A stretch of 64,000 nucleotides of DNA from Octopus sinensis (GCF_006345805.1 NC_043003.1:109058001-109122000), one strand, 5' to 3'; numbered from the stretch's first letter, positions 24,327 through 36,813 are shown. Notes: generated by a model from the letters alone, not told the origin. A program made the numbers and translations.

Positions 24327-24480
24327 TCATATGTTGTGGTGTGTGTTAGTGCTCCATTCTAGTTTTCTATTCAGGCTAGGTTTATTTTCTATTATGTGTG
24401 TAGCTTCTGTATCCGTGGAGTAGCTGATGATGGAAGTATGTTGGATTGTTGGTATGGCTGTGAAATAGTAATATAGCACA
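24327..24480 (-). mobile_element. Possible Penelope-like GIY-YIG C-terminal scrap
   Basis: TEATHIIENKPSLNRKLEW resembles the EAxHI...KPxLNR terminus of Penelope-like elements. Confidence 0.35.
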
Positions 24481-24541
24481 TCATTTTGATATATATATTG
24501 TATTATATAAATATTACGTATATATATTATATATATTCTAT

Positions 24542-24572
<31 letters not shown>

Positions 24573-24702
24573 ATACATATTATATCATGTATATATAAAT
24601 TTTATATATTTTATATTATATATATAATATATCATATATATTATATATATCATCTATATATAAATTTTATATATATATTATAATTTTATATCATATCATA
24701 TC

Positions 24703-24744
<42 letters not shown>

Positions 24745-26798
24745 ATATATATATATGACGGGCTTGTTTCATTTTCCGTCTACCAAATCCACAAGCTAAT
24801 GTAGAAGACACCTGTCTAAGGTACCACGCAGTGGGAACGAACCCAGCACCAAGCGAGCGTCTTTCCACATAGTGACGCACACATCTACATTTTTAGCTTC
24901 ATATATTCCATTGCGAATAAAGCTGTTATGCACCTTGTCACACATATTTTAGATTCTTTGGCACTGTAGCAAAGTTATCACTGAGCTTTGAACCATTGCG
25001 TTTAGGTTCCCCGCCTCTGGATTACGCCCTATCATAATAAAGTCTTGAACAGCATTAACGCCTGGAGAAACATGGCTCGGTTAATCCGACCGGTTGTTGT
25101 GCAACTTAGGTGGAATCTTCCCATCAAATATCCTGTCATACTTTCTAGAAACTCCGTTGGGCATTATTAAAAGTTGGACTTCGAACTTCCAGACAGAACA
25201 GACCCTGCCATTACATGGTGCTATGTCATTTAGTTCCATAATGGATGACATCACATTTTTTATACTTGTTCAACCTAGAACGACCTGAGATGTCAATCAG
25301 CTTTCGCAGTCCTTCTAATTAATTTGCTCTCAATATTTACGCATAGTCTGAAGGTTATGAACTGGTAGCATCCTTAGTACGGCGGGCAACATTCTTAGCA
25401 GCATTTCGTCCATCTTTACGTTCTGCGTTCAAATGCCGCTGGGGTCGACTTTGCCTTTCATCCTCTCGTCTCGATAAAAATAAGTACCAGTTAAACACTG
25501 GGGTCGATGTAACCGACTTAAGCCCTCCCCTGAACTTACTGGCTTTGTTCCAAAATTTAAAATCAATAGTTATGATATTTAGCGGCATTTCATCCGTCTT
25601 CACGTTCTGAGTTCGAATTCCACCGAGGATTAATTTGCCTTCATCTTTTTGGGGTCGATAGAATAAGTACCACCCTTGAACTTGCTGGCCTTGTGCCAAA
25701 ATTTGAAATCAATAATTATGAATAATCTTTGAAATCAATAATTATATGTATAGTCTATTCAGCAACTTTTCTCCTCGATATCTCTTGAATGCTGTTCTAT
25801 TTATTCAACTATCGTATGTACGTAAATGCAAATTTTCCAGGTTAATAAAAATGTATGAGAATTAATAGGATATTTGTGTGATCATTATGAACATAACACA
25901 TAACCCACTAAATGTTGTTATTCCTCAATAACTGTTTAACATCCCTTATACAACACTTAAACACACAACAGATACTATTTAATCTCAACAGAAATGAAAA
26001 CCATGCATATTTAACTACACCTTACTATACACACGCATTTACAAAAGCATCGGTATCGTTAGCTTCCCATTTACCTCCCTTGCTCTCCATCATTAGTTTC
26101 CGCCTTTTCCGTCACTCTTCATTCTTCCCTCCTTTCACTCTTTTCCCTATTCTCCCTTATTCTTGCTCTTCCTATATTTTTCTGTCTCTCACACTCCATC
26201 CCTTTATACCCACTTAACCTCTCTGTTGCCCTCGATTGTGACTCCACTTCTGGTCATTCTATTTCACTGCTCAGCTTTTATTCCACCCCAGGCCGCTTAA
26301 ATTCAGTATTGTATATTTTTTTCTTTTTCTCTTGCCTCTCTTAATACTTTTTCTTCTTTCTGATAAAATGTATCTGCCAAAATGTTAAAGTCCCTTCTGC
26401 TTCTTCCTTTAGTATATTTATCTTCATTGGATACGTCTTTGTTGATTTTTGCTTTATACTTCTCTGCTTTCTTTCAATCACGTGCTTTTGTATAACTGCA
26501 TGCTCGTATACAATTATCTCCGCGTATAATTTGTTTGCTTATTTCCTCTTCGTTTCATAATCTTAATCGTGGTGATTTGTGAGTTTGTTATCTACACGCA
26601 CACGCGCGTGCACACACAGAATTACATACATATCTATACATATGTGCATAAGATTTGTTGCTACAATCACTTTGACATCAGGACGCCAATAGGTGCACCA
26701 ATTTCAACAAAGACAATCAATACATGATATATATGCATATATTTCGATCGAATCCCCTGCCAGTTAACACGAGATCTCCTAATAATCAAGATTTCCTT

Positions 26799-26882
26799 AG
26801 CCCGAAGAGTAGCTTGCGGTCTGCCCCTCATTTGGATAATTACTACTTCTGAGGATCCGCTAGCTATGAAACATATGTAGCT
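26799..26882 (+). ncRNA. Type I hammerhead-like motif, CCGAAGA core variant, palindromic stem III
   Basis: AGC-CCGAAGA-GTAGCTTGCGG...CCGCTAGCTAT-GAAAC-ATAT-GTA-GCT. Confidence 0.65.
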
Positions 26883-26991
26883 TGGATATTGTCTACTCCA
26901 TTACCTAATTTTTGAATACTTTTTCGCATATGCAGCAACCCCAGTTGCAAACCGTGAACTATAAAATAACTTATCATAACAGCTTATCATA

Positions 26992-27514
26992 CCGTAAATC
27001 CTCGAGTATAACCCACACTTTCCCCCCAAAATTTAAAGGTCAAAATCCCTAGTGCGTACTATATACGTGTTTAAAAATTGAAAACTATTTTCTAAGCAAT
27101 GTCCGAGTCTCTATTTGCTGTCCGGCAATGTTTATTCAGACGCATTTTGTGATGCCGAGCACGAAAATACCTTAAGCTAAGCCTGAAAGCAATAAAGTCA
27201 TAAAAGGATCATCCATATCTTGCAGTAAGCAACATTTATTAAAATAAAAGTATTCAGAACACACAATAACATGTAACAAAAACAATTTGCAAACATATTT
27301 ACATTCCCATATAACAGTTAAGAACATCACCATTATTGTATTACGCATGCGCGGAAGTGTTTGTTCGACTAGGTGCTGCTGGCTTAATTACACACGACTC
27401 AAGTTAGAGAAGGGGTGCGTATTATACACAAGGTTTAGGTTTTTCAGAGGTACAGCCCCCTAAAATTCTCCTGCGTATTATACTCAAGGGCGGACTATAC
27501 ACGAGGATTTACGG
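26992..27514 (+). mobile_element. pogo/Tigger-like MITE, copy 2
   Basis: TA|CCGTAAATCCTCGAGTATA...TATACACGAGGATTTACGG|TA, colinear with 13971-14494. Confidence 0.85.
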
Positions 27515-27649
27515 TACTTCGATACGGGAAAACTTCACAACCTTCTACGCCAATAAACTACTATTGTTCTTGACAGTTGATTCTTATATCTTCTACGGAC
27601 TGCCTGAAGCTCACTAACTTCCTACAGCTTGATCCTTGGATCTTACGTT

Positions 27650-27701
<52 letters not shown>

Positions 27702-29030
27702 ATTGTACATATTAAATACCCTCGTTAATTAATGTTTGTGTTAGAGATTATGCTATCGGTCTGTCTGTCGAAAAATTCTGTATATTGAAACATTTTCATA
27801 TAAATTTAATTTTCTTTCTTTTTTTTTCTAGTGTACAAAAACTATTACGTACCGCATTCTTCCAAATGCAAAATGGATTACTTACGAATTCTTGTCTAAA
27901 GGAGATGCGCATGGTTTGCATTCAATATGTTCTAATAGTGGTTCCAAATGTTGGCACAAGGCCAGCAATACGCTGTAATATTACAAATCCATGAAGACCG
28001 CTAGGGCACTGAATCGTTAGGGCGTCGGACAACGACTAGCGGAATTTCTTCACCTTCTGGAGGCGCGTGGTTTAGTGGTTAGTGTGTTGGACTTATGGCA
28101 GTAAGATTGTGGTTTCTATTCCTGGACCGGGTGACGTGTTGTGTTCTTGAGCAAAGCATTTCATTTCGCGTTGCTCCAGTGCATTCAACTAGTAAAAATG
28201 AGTAATATTGTGATGGACAGGCGCCACATCCCGGTTGGGGAATTTTTACGCCATGGAAACCCGGAAAGCGGCCCTTATGAGTCAGCATGACTCGAAAATG
28301 CAACTTCACTTACTTTTATTTCTTCCAAGTCTTTACGTTATGAAATTACATCTTGCCACGGTCATCCTTTTTAGGTCGATGAAGTAAATTACCAGTCAAT
28401 TACTGGGGTTGATGTAATCGATTGCCCCTTCCACTCGAAAATGCTGGCCTTATGTCTAAATTAGAAAGAAATTTTAGTTCAAGGCCAACAATTTCGGGGG
28501 AGGGAATGAGTCGATTACATCGACCCCAGTGCTCAACTGGTACTTATTTTATCAACCCTAAAAGGATGAACTACAAAGTCGACCAAGGTGGAATTTGAAC
28601 TCAAACATAAAGACGGACGAAATACCGCTAAGCATTTTGCTCGGCGTGATAACGATTCTGCAATCTCGCCGCCTTAATTGTGAATGAAGTATGAGTTCCA
28701 AATTTCGGTACAAGGCCAGACGTTTCGGAGAAGGAGCCAAGTCAACCCCAGTGCCTAACTGGTACTTATTTTATCAACCCTGAAACAATGAAAGGTGAAG
28801 TCAACCTCAGCGGAATTTGATCTTAGAACGTAGAGACTGACGAAATGTCACTAAGCACCTTGACCGGCGTGCTGAAATGAGAAAGAAATATAACAAACTC
28901 ATATAGATCCATGTTAATATTTCTATTCATAAAATACATGTTCCATGTAGTGACGGTATAAACGTAACTATAAAATTACGTGTAATACCATATTTTCCAG
29001 TCATCGACTTAATACACACACACACACAAA

Positions 29031-29063
<33 letters not shown>

Positions 29064-29096
29064 CACACACACACACAAACACACACACACAAAATC

Positions 29097-29420
29097 ATCA
29101 TCATGATGATCATCATGATGATCATGATCATCATCATCATGATCATCATGATGATCATCATCATCATTTAACGTCCGCCCTCAATGCTTTCATGGGTTGG
29201 ACGGTTTAACAGGAGGCGGCCAGGTAGAAGACTACACCAGGTTATTGTGTCTGTTTTGGCAAGGTTTTTACAGCTGGATGCCCTTCCTAACACCCCGCAG
29301 AGAGGATTGAGTGCTTTTTACGTGGCACCAGCACATGATTTTTTTTACAGCTGGATGTCCTTCCAAATGCCAACCACTTCACAGTGTGGACTAAATGCTT
29401 TTTACAGGTACGTGGCACCA
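29097..29420 (-). mobile_element. SINE/LINE-tail family D (GGATGCCCTTCCTAAC box, (GAT)n tail)
   Basis: The same family occurs at 48670-49010, 50000-50311, 53440-53690, 53745-53990, 56325-56456 and 59752-60215. Confidence 0.75.
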
Positions 29421-29588
29421 GCACCAGCACCGGCCGGGTCACCAGGTAACTTACAAGACAAGGAATTTTGAGAGAGGAGGAGGCATTGGAGGTGATCTTG
29501 TGTCAGATGATGAAAGGTTAGAGTGTGACAGAGAGACAAAGAAGCAAAAACAGGTGTCTTGCTATAGAGGTGGTACATGGCTACCCGG

Positions 29589-29619
<31 letters not shown>

Positions 29620-31460
29620 CACAAAAGACATGGTAAAACAATGTTAAACTATAAATTAAACAGTCATAGTTTTTATACAGGTTATACTTGTAAACCGTGT
29701 AGAATTGTATTGGTTCTGAAGTAATTGTGAAGTAGATGTTTATATAATTTCCTTTGACATATTTAGGTTAACTTATACATATTTAAGCTTTAAAAAATGC
29801 GTTATTTATCAGTCACGCAGTGCAGTTGTATCACTGGCCACAGGATATGGGCTGTTACTTAGTGTGGTGAAAAAAAAAAAAAGATATCCTCATAATTTTG
29901 TGTAGCTTCTCACTTTTTCCTTTACGCCTAAAACTGTAATAATTGGTTCACGTTCTATTCAGTATGTCAGCATAAAACGTATGAATGAATGAATGTGTTT
30001 GTGCGTTTGTTTGTGTGTGAGGACAAACAGAAAGTGAAAATAAGGAATGGATGTAGAACCGTTGAATGGCTTGCAGTAAATCAGATAATAAATTTCCTCT
30101 CTTCCATTACATTCAGGTTTGTGTAATCACAGAATTGATATGAAAAATGTTATGAAAAGACGACATCGCTATAATATAAGCGCAGACAAACTTCTCTCAA
30201 TTAATCATGTCCGTATCCGTATGTATCTTTACTATTTAACTCCTCCCTCAAATTTTACATGATGTTAGCTCAGTTGTTTCGGCGATGTGCTTCTATAGTA
30301 ACAGAAAATTCTACATTTGTCTCTCTGTCCCTACATTAAACAGACAGTCGATTGGCAGAATTGTTAAAAGTTTCGGATAGATATCTTGCAGTTATTGTTC
30401 CGGATTTCTGAGTTCGAATCGCGCAGAGATCAGTTTTAGCTTTCATCATTTCAGGATCGATAAATAATGTACCAGCTTTGCTCTGAGGTTGATCTTTCTC
30501 TTAAACTTCTTTTTTCTGTTGATTTCTGTCTTTTTCTAGATGAATTTAGCTGTGGTTCGACCACAGCGAGCAATGGGTTCCTATCAGGTCTAAAACACCA
30601 CGGCGTCCCTACGACTCCAGCCAGCAGTTGAGCGTTCAAAGAAAGACATTATCCTATATAGTGAACGGTGTTAGGCGGCAGAGTCAATTGGACATCAGGT
30701 AACGTTCTTGTGATATCCAGTTACGTTTCTCTTCGTTATGTACCGAGATCAGTTACGCTTCATGGCTCGATAAAACATATACCTAAATACCAGTCATGGA
30801 CTGGTGCCGATTTCTATGACCAAAGTATACTCAGTATAAGCAAATCCTTGTGATCTTTACGCTATAGACTGAATTAATACCAGCATTTGTAAAAATGTTA
30901 AGTCATACAAATATCAACAACCGACCGACTTTGCACACCGCGGGCAACAGCGTTTTATGTACATGTATACACATGCATGCTTGTACGCACACACATGCAT
31001 GCTTGTGTTGTTCGAGTCATATTGCTTTACTTTCGCTTCGCGTCTCCTCTCCTCTGCTATTTCACCTCGAGCATTCTTAACGTTCATAAAGTCCATCGAT
31101 GTTATAGCTTAGCTTTTGCTTTCCTCTGTTTGGTTTCCGCAAGACTCATTCTTCTTTCATATCGGCTTGCTTTATTTTGTTTTCACTTTAAATTAGTTAC
31201 CATGTCAACAGACTTACATTAACCTTTCATCTTCGTGTCATACTAATATGACAGTCTGAAGAGTTAAGCGAAACATTATAGCCATATTGTAAATTCCGCT
31301 TTTATCTAATAATAATAAACTTAACCACTCTATGCAAGCATTGTACTGAGTGCATATAAGCGCGTGTGCGTATGCGTATACGCATATATACACACATATA
31401 TATACATACATACATACATACATACATACATACATACTACATACATACATACATACATAC

Positions 31461-31531
<71 letters not shown>

Positions 31532-33152
31532 ATATATACACACACACGTACATATATATATGTACGTGTGTGTGTGTGTGTGTGTGTGTATCTGTGTCTG
31601 TGTCTGTGCCTGTGTGAAGAGAGGGAAAGAAAAAGAGAGACAGTATGTTATATTACGTATCATATATTTTAGTTGATTGTCGAGAAATATTGATTTCCGA
31701 GTGTGGTACAATGATAGATTCGTTGGAAAAAAATCTTATAGTTGTTGACTGAATTTACACTGCATTTTGACGGTATTTATTTTGTTGATTCCAAGAATGA
31801 ATAACAAGCAGAATCCCCAAAGGGGTTTGAAGTCAGTTTGTAAATGAACATGGTTACGCACAGCCCCAAAAGTTTCGATGTCTCTACCGTTTCTGCCATG
31901 CAAAATAATTTTGATTAGCAAAAATATAACATTAAACAAAGTGTTGGTGTATAATAGCGAGTTCTCGATACGTAAGTGTACAAACAGTGTTCTTATATAC
32001 AATTTCTTGTTACATTCATTGTTATAATATACAATCATTGTTATATATATTTTCATCCTATACAAATGTTTATTATTAATATTATATATTATCGTTATTG
32101 TATGCAAATGTTACCATTTTCAATTGTGACTAAAACTATTATTGTATACAATTGATTAAGAAGGTAAGATAAAACAGGGGTTTATACAGAGGTATTGAAG
32201 TATACAAATTAGCTGGACAATAAAAAGAATAGGTGTTCTTTTTTGCTTTGACGATCTTCCAAAACATTCGTGTATTTGTGTTGATCAGATGAAGGTTGTG
32301 TGTGCATGTATGATTGTATATATTTATGTATGTATATATATGTATGTATATGTGGGTGTGTATGTGTGTGTATGTATGCTTTTATGAAAGAAGAGCATTG
32401 AAGCTTGCTTGGAGGACTCAGTTGTCGGAAGCTGAAAGAAGTACGGCGTATGCTTGTGTGTGTGTTTTATCTTTGTGCCAGTGTTTCTCCTTCACCACCG
32501 CTTGACAACGGTGCCGGTTTGTTTACGTCCCTGTGAGTTGGCGGTTCGGCAAAATTGAACGATAGAATAAGTACCTGTCTTTAGAGAAAAGTAATGAGGT
32601 CAATCCGTTCGACTAAATACCCTTCAAGGCGGTGTCCCAGCATGGCTGCAGTCTTTTGACTGAAACAAGTAAAAGATAAAAGATCAGTAATTAAACCTGA
32701 AACTTAAGAAGTAATAAACTCAAACCTGGGAATCAACAACAATTTTGAAATAACTTTTGTTTCAATAAAAGAAAAAAGTAAATTGATATTTTTCAAAATT
32801 GCAAACTTCAGGCAATTTGAAATTGCGACGCATTTTTAAATCCCCGATAGAAACTGCTTCTCTTTTTATTGATTGCCAATGTACTTGAAAAAGACATCAC
32901 CAGAACATCCTGTTTTTCCATTCCTTAAAGCATATCGATGGTTACTTGATCAAAAGGAATCAATACTAATTGAGACAGTGTCAAGTGCCATTGATCAAGA
33001 CTACCACATTACTCAAATACAATATGTTATTTAGTTCCAGGCATTTTACTCCAAATAAGTTTCTGAGGTCCTCCAAAATTTATACGAACATCTTCCACCT
33101 CATTTTGACTAAGTCTTGTACAGTAGTCAACACAAATATTTTCAAGCAGTAT

Positions 33153-33240
33153 GAAAGGCCAATCTGGTGTCATCAGCCGTGGTAATTCCAACTCTAGCAG
33201 CTTGTATTAAAATTATTGCGTTCAAAAAGATCGTAGATAG
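33153..33240 (+). pseudogene. Decayed ~90-bp fragment of 18S rRNA (GTGCCAGCAGCCGCGGTAA region)
   Basis: AATCTGGTGTCATCAGCCGTGGTAATTCCAACTCTAGCAGCTTGTATTAAAATTATTGCGTTCAAAAAGATCGTAG aligns without gaps to the recalled eukaryotic 18S AGTCTGGTGCCAGCAGCCGCGGTAATTCCAGCTCCAATAGCGTATATTAAAGTTGTTGCGGTTAAAAAGCTCGTAG. Confidence 0.75.
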
Positions 33241-33299
33241 TATTGGGGTCCGTGAACACAACTCCTGAACACAAGAAGGCTTTTAGCATTAAAAAATCA

Positions 33300-33744
33300 G
33301 GATCTTTTCGGTTTGAACGGCAGTTTTTAACATAATTTCTAGGTAACTAAAAGATTTTAAACTTCGTATACTGGTAGAATGTGTTTATAAAACATCTTTT
33401 TCTCTTGGCTTTATTGAGAAAATTCTATAGTTTGTAAGATATTTGTTGTTTTTTTTCTTCAATTTCTGCAATTTCAACCAATCAATGACATCTGTTGAGG
33501 TGAAAACATTCTGTGCCATATGAATATGTTCCTCGTTTAAGAAACAGATTGGGTTTATTTACATTTGTGAAGAAAAAAGATACCCTTCCCCCACCCCTAA
33601 CCCTAACCCTAACCCTAACTAACCCTAACTAACCCTAACTCTAATCCTAACCCTAAAATAGATTGAAATGTAATAGATCGATACTAGGTCATAATTATGG
33701 GTGACAATTTCATATGACACCGCTAGAAAAAACTGCAGTTCAAA
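33300..33744 (+). mobile_element. Merlin-like MITE, copy 1 (right TIR truncated), with an internal (CCCTAA)n tract at 33595-33656
   Basis: Starts GGATCTTTTCGGTTTGAACGGCAGTTTT and is colinear with 35176-35598. Confidence 0.7.
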
Positions 33745-34104
33745 GTATGATTATTTCGTGGATATCGATTTTTGAATTGATAAACCACGTTCGCATTTTT
33801 ATTACAAATTCACCGATCAAGAGTAACTCTTGATTTCCATCGTAAAAGTTCGTGACCCCATCGTAAATACGAAGGGAGTAGCAAGGACGGTTAATAGCGA
33901 AACTAAAAACTGAGTGCCAGTATATAGTGTGTGTGATTATTTAGTGGTTATTGAAGTGTGTCAGTCTCGAGCAGGATTCGAAACGGCTAATCAAAGCGGC
34001 TGTTGTTTACATCTCAGCTTTGTCAAAGTAACAAATGGTACCAGAACATCCAGACGTTATTCGCATAGAACAGTGAGAGGCAAGTTTAAGTTTTTTTTTT
34101 GCAA

Positions 34105-34300
34105 CCCTAAAGATTCCACTCGCGCATTCACAGCAAACAAGGCACAGGGCCAAACTTTAGATCGTGTAGGTGTATTTTTACCCACTCCGATATTTACACA
34201 CGGCCAGTTATACGTCGCTATGAGTAGAGCAACGGACTCCAGTAATTTGAAAATTGGTGTCGACCAAACAGAACATATCGCCTATAAAGAAGTTTTGTAA
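34105..34300 (+). mobile_element. Helitron Rep/Helicase (PIF1-like) C-terminal relic
   Basis: AFTANKAQGQTLDRVGVFLPTPIFTHGQLYVAMSRAT...IAYKEVL* matches the NKxQGQT and HGQLYVAxSR motifs and the terminal YKEVL of Helitrons. Confidence 0.85.
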
Positions 34301-34418
34301 TCATATTGATATTATCGAAAAGAATATGACTCATGATTTAAATAAGAAAATTTGCGAACTTTGAATGTAAAAGAGTATAAACAAGCGAAAAATAGTGTAA
34401 ACAACTAAAATAAAAGCA

Positions 34419-34781
34419 TCTCTCTATATATAAACGGCAGTTTGTCTGTGCGTGTTTCTGTGTGTCTGTTTGCTTGTACCTCACCCTGACCACGGCTTTC
34501 AACCGATTCTGATGAAACTTGACACACACATAGCCCAATGTCATAATTCAAACTAACGCAGCGAAAATTTTGAAAAGTTCCCCAGTCTGAAAAATATGAT
34601 AAAATCGACATGGGGTCGAGAATCAGAAACAACCACAGACTGTCTAGGGGACGCAACTCAACCTTTTTAACTCAAAAAAAAATTTACCATCATTTTTTGC
34701 TATTTTTTGGCTATAACTCTCTAAAAATGCTTTATAGTTATTTCCCTTACAAACCTGAGCAACGCCGGGCGATACTGCTAG
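34419..34781 (+). mobile_element. Non-autonomous Helitron
   Basis: A|TC start. The 3' end CCTGAGCAACGCCGGGCGATACTGCTAG|T differs by one base from the copy ending at 4957. Confidence 0.8.
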
Positions 34782-35175
34782 TATCTAAATAAAATTTTTC
34801 TTAATACTTTTTATGTAGTGTTTGAAGGAAGCTCTGGCTTTCGTTAGGAGTGGTCCATTCATGATACAGAGCCTGGGAACTTGTTTCAGTTGGGGAGTGA
34901 ATCGTCATCACATGTCCCTTAGTCGCAAACACATGTCATAGAGCTGCAATAGAATGCTGCATCACCAACAATGATGTGATTTCTCTAAGACATCACCCAG
35001 TAATCTATCAAAGTCCTTTTACACATTTCTCAATACATACTGTTGTTACGACTCCCCCCCCCTCATTTTATGCCCCCACATCGTATATGGGTAGATTTGC
35101 TAGTATATACAATAGGGTAAAGGGTAAAGACTCCCTCCGGTCACGAACGACTATGGGATTGCAATTAGAAAGTTC

Positions 35176-35598
35176 GGATCTTTTCGGTTTGAACGGCAGT
35201 TTTTAACATAATTTCCACGTAACTAAACACTTTTAAACTTCGTATACTGGTAGAATGTGTTTATAAAACATCTTTTTCTCTTGGCTTTATTGAGAAAATT
35301 CTATAGTTTGTAAGATATTTGTTGTTTTTTCTTCATTTTCTGCAATTTCAACCAATCAGTGACATCTATTGAATTAAAAAGCATTCTGTGCCATATGAAT
35401 ATGTCCCTCATTTAAGAAACAGATGGGGTTTATTTACATTTGTGAAGGAAAAAAGATACCCTTCCCCCACCCCTAACTAACCCTAAGCCTAAAATAGATT
35501 GAAATGCAATAGATCGATTCTAGGGTCATAATTACGGGTGACAATTTCATATGACACCGCTAGAAAAAACTGCCGTTCAAACAAAACCGAAAAGATCC
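35176..35598 (+). mobile_element. Merlin-like MITE, copy 2: GG...CC TIRs and 8-bp TSD
   Basis: GAAAGTTC|GGATCTTTTCGGTTTGAACGGCAG...CTGCCGTTCAAACAAAACCGAAAAGATCC|GAAAGTTC. Confidence 0.8.
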
Positions 35599-36630
35599 GA
35601 AAGTTCCTCTTCGAGGCACAAGTCCAGGAAAAGTTGTTCATGGAAGACCAACAGTCGCCCATGCAGAACAGCCTCCTCTCTCCACGCCATCGATGTTATC
35701 CAAAGGAAGGGCAAAGGACTATAGAGCTTGGCACCAATGACGTCACAACTCATCTCTACGGTTGAGTGAACTGGAGCAAACTGAAATAAAGTGTCTTGCT
35801 CAAGAACACAACTCACAACCCGGTCCGAAAATTGAACTCACAACTTCATGATCGTTAGCCCAACTCTCTAACCACTGAGCCATGCTCCTTCAGATAACCA
35901 GGTAAGAAATAAGTAGAATAAACAAATAAATAAAAATGATGACTTGGTTTTCTCCAGTAGTCTCAACAGGGAAGCAACTTCTCTACTTGAACTTCGATTC
36001 CGCGGTAGTTTGGTTCTCTACTAAACATCAACGGAGAAGGCCACTTACTAAAGCTATAACCGTGTTAACAACGACAAATTAGTTTCTTTAACGTTCACCA
36101 GATGTCACTTTGCTTCTCCGCTAATATCAACAGGAAAGACCACTTTCTAAGCTGCACCACCTTAACAACACCAGCGACGACAACGACAACAACAAGAACA
36201 CGATACATGGTTAAACAAATTCCACAAAGAAAAAAGCCGACACGTGTAAAATATGGTTCCCCAGACACACCTTGTTGAATGTTTCACACAGAGCAGAGAT
36301 AAAGAAGCATTGCTGATAATGAATATTGATTGTTACTTTGATAAGCATCAGAAACGATTAATAAATCAGAAACGATTAATAAATCAGAAACGATGAATAA
36401 ATAACAGTTTAAGCCATCTGACTTATTTCCAGCTAACTTTGCTGACCTTTATTAATGATAAACTGGAATGGCATTTCTCTTAGAATGGTATTGCTTTGTG
36501 TTACTGTGTATCGTGTCGCTCAGTGAGTTAACCACTGCACCACAACGTTCCGTATGGTTCACAACGACGCATACCGAAATAGAATGGATAGGGAAGAAAA
36601 TAAAAACATGTCCGAATTGCAGCACTGCAC

Positions 36631-36770
36631 ACACTAGCGTAGCTGGAGTGTGTGCCACCCGCGGTGGCCCTTCAGTTTGCCGCCCCTAGGCTCCCACAAA
36701 AAATACATTTTGCCTACAGCAGACCCAAAAGTGGTGCCGCCCCCCTCTGCCCACCTCTAGCTACGCTAGT
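36631..36770. mobile_element. Small hAT-like MITE with an 8-bp flanking direct repeat
   Basis: TIR ACTAGCGTAGCTGGAG / CTCTAGCTACGCTAGT. CACTGCAC occurs at 36623-36630 and 36771-36778. Confidence 0.6.
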
Positions 36771-36813
36771 CACTGCACCTCAACGATTTAACAAATTCAT
36801 CTCTGAATATACA

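Larger units (their letters stand above)
23755..24755. repeat. Long (TA)n-rich tracts (23755-23995, 24200-24265, 24490-24755)
   Basis: Direct reading. Confidence 0.9.

Noticed and set aside
24960-25290. Minus-strand frame with few stops (MSSIMELNDIAPCNGRVCSVWKF...)
   Set aside because: No recognisable domain or splice signals, and it could be chance
31245-31288. CTGAAGA-GTTAAGC-GAAAC hammerhead-like core
   Set aside because: Stem II is only 2 bp, and stem III and stem I need several indels or mismatches
35607-35740. Possible HDV-like ribozyme (CTCCACG loop) in an RTE-associated repeat
   Set aside because: I could not build the P1-P4 double pseudoknot by eye
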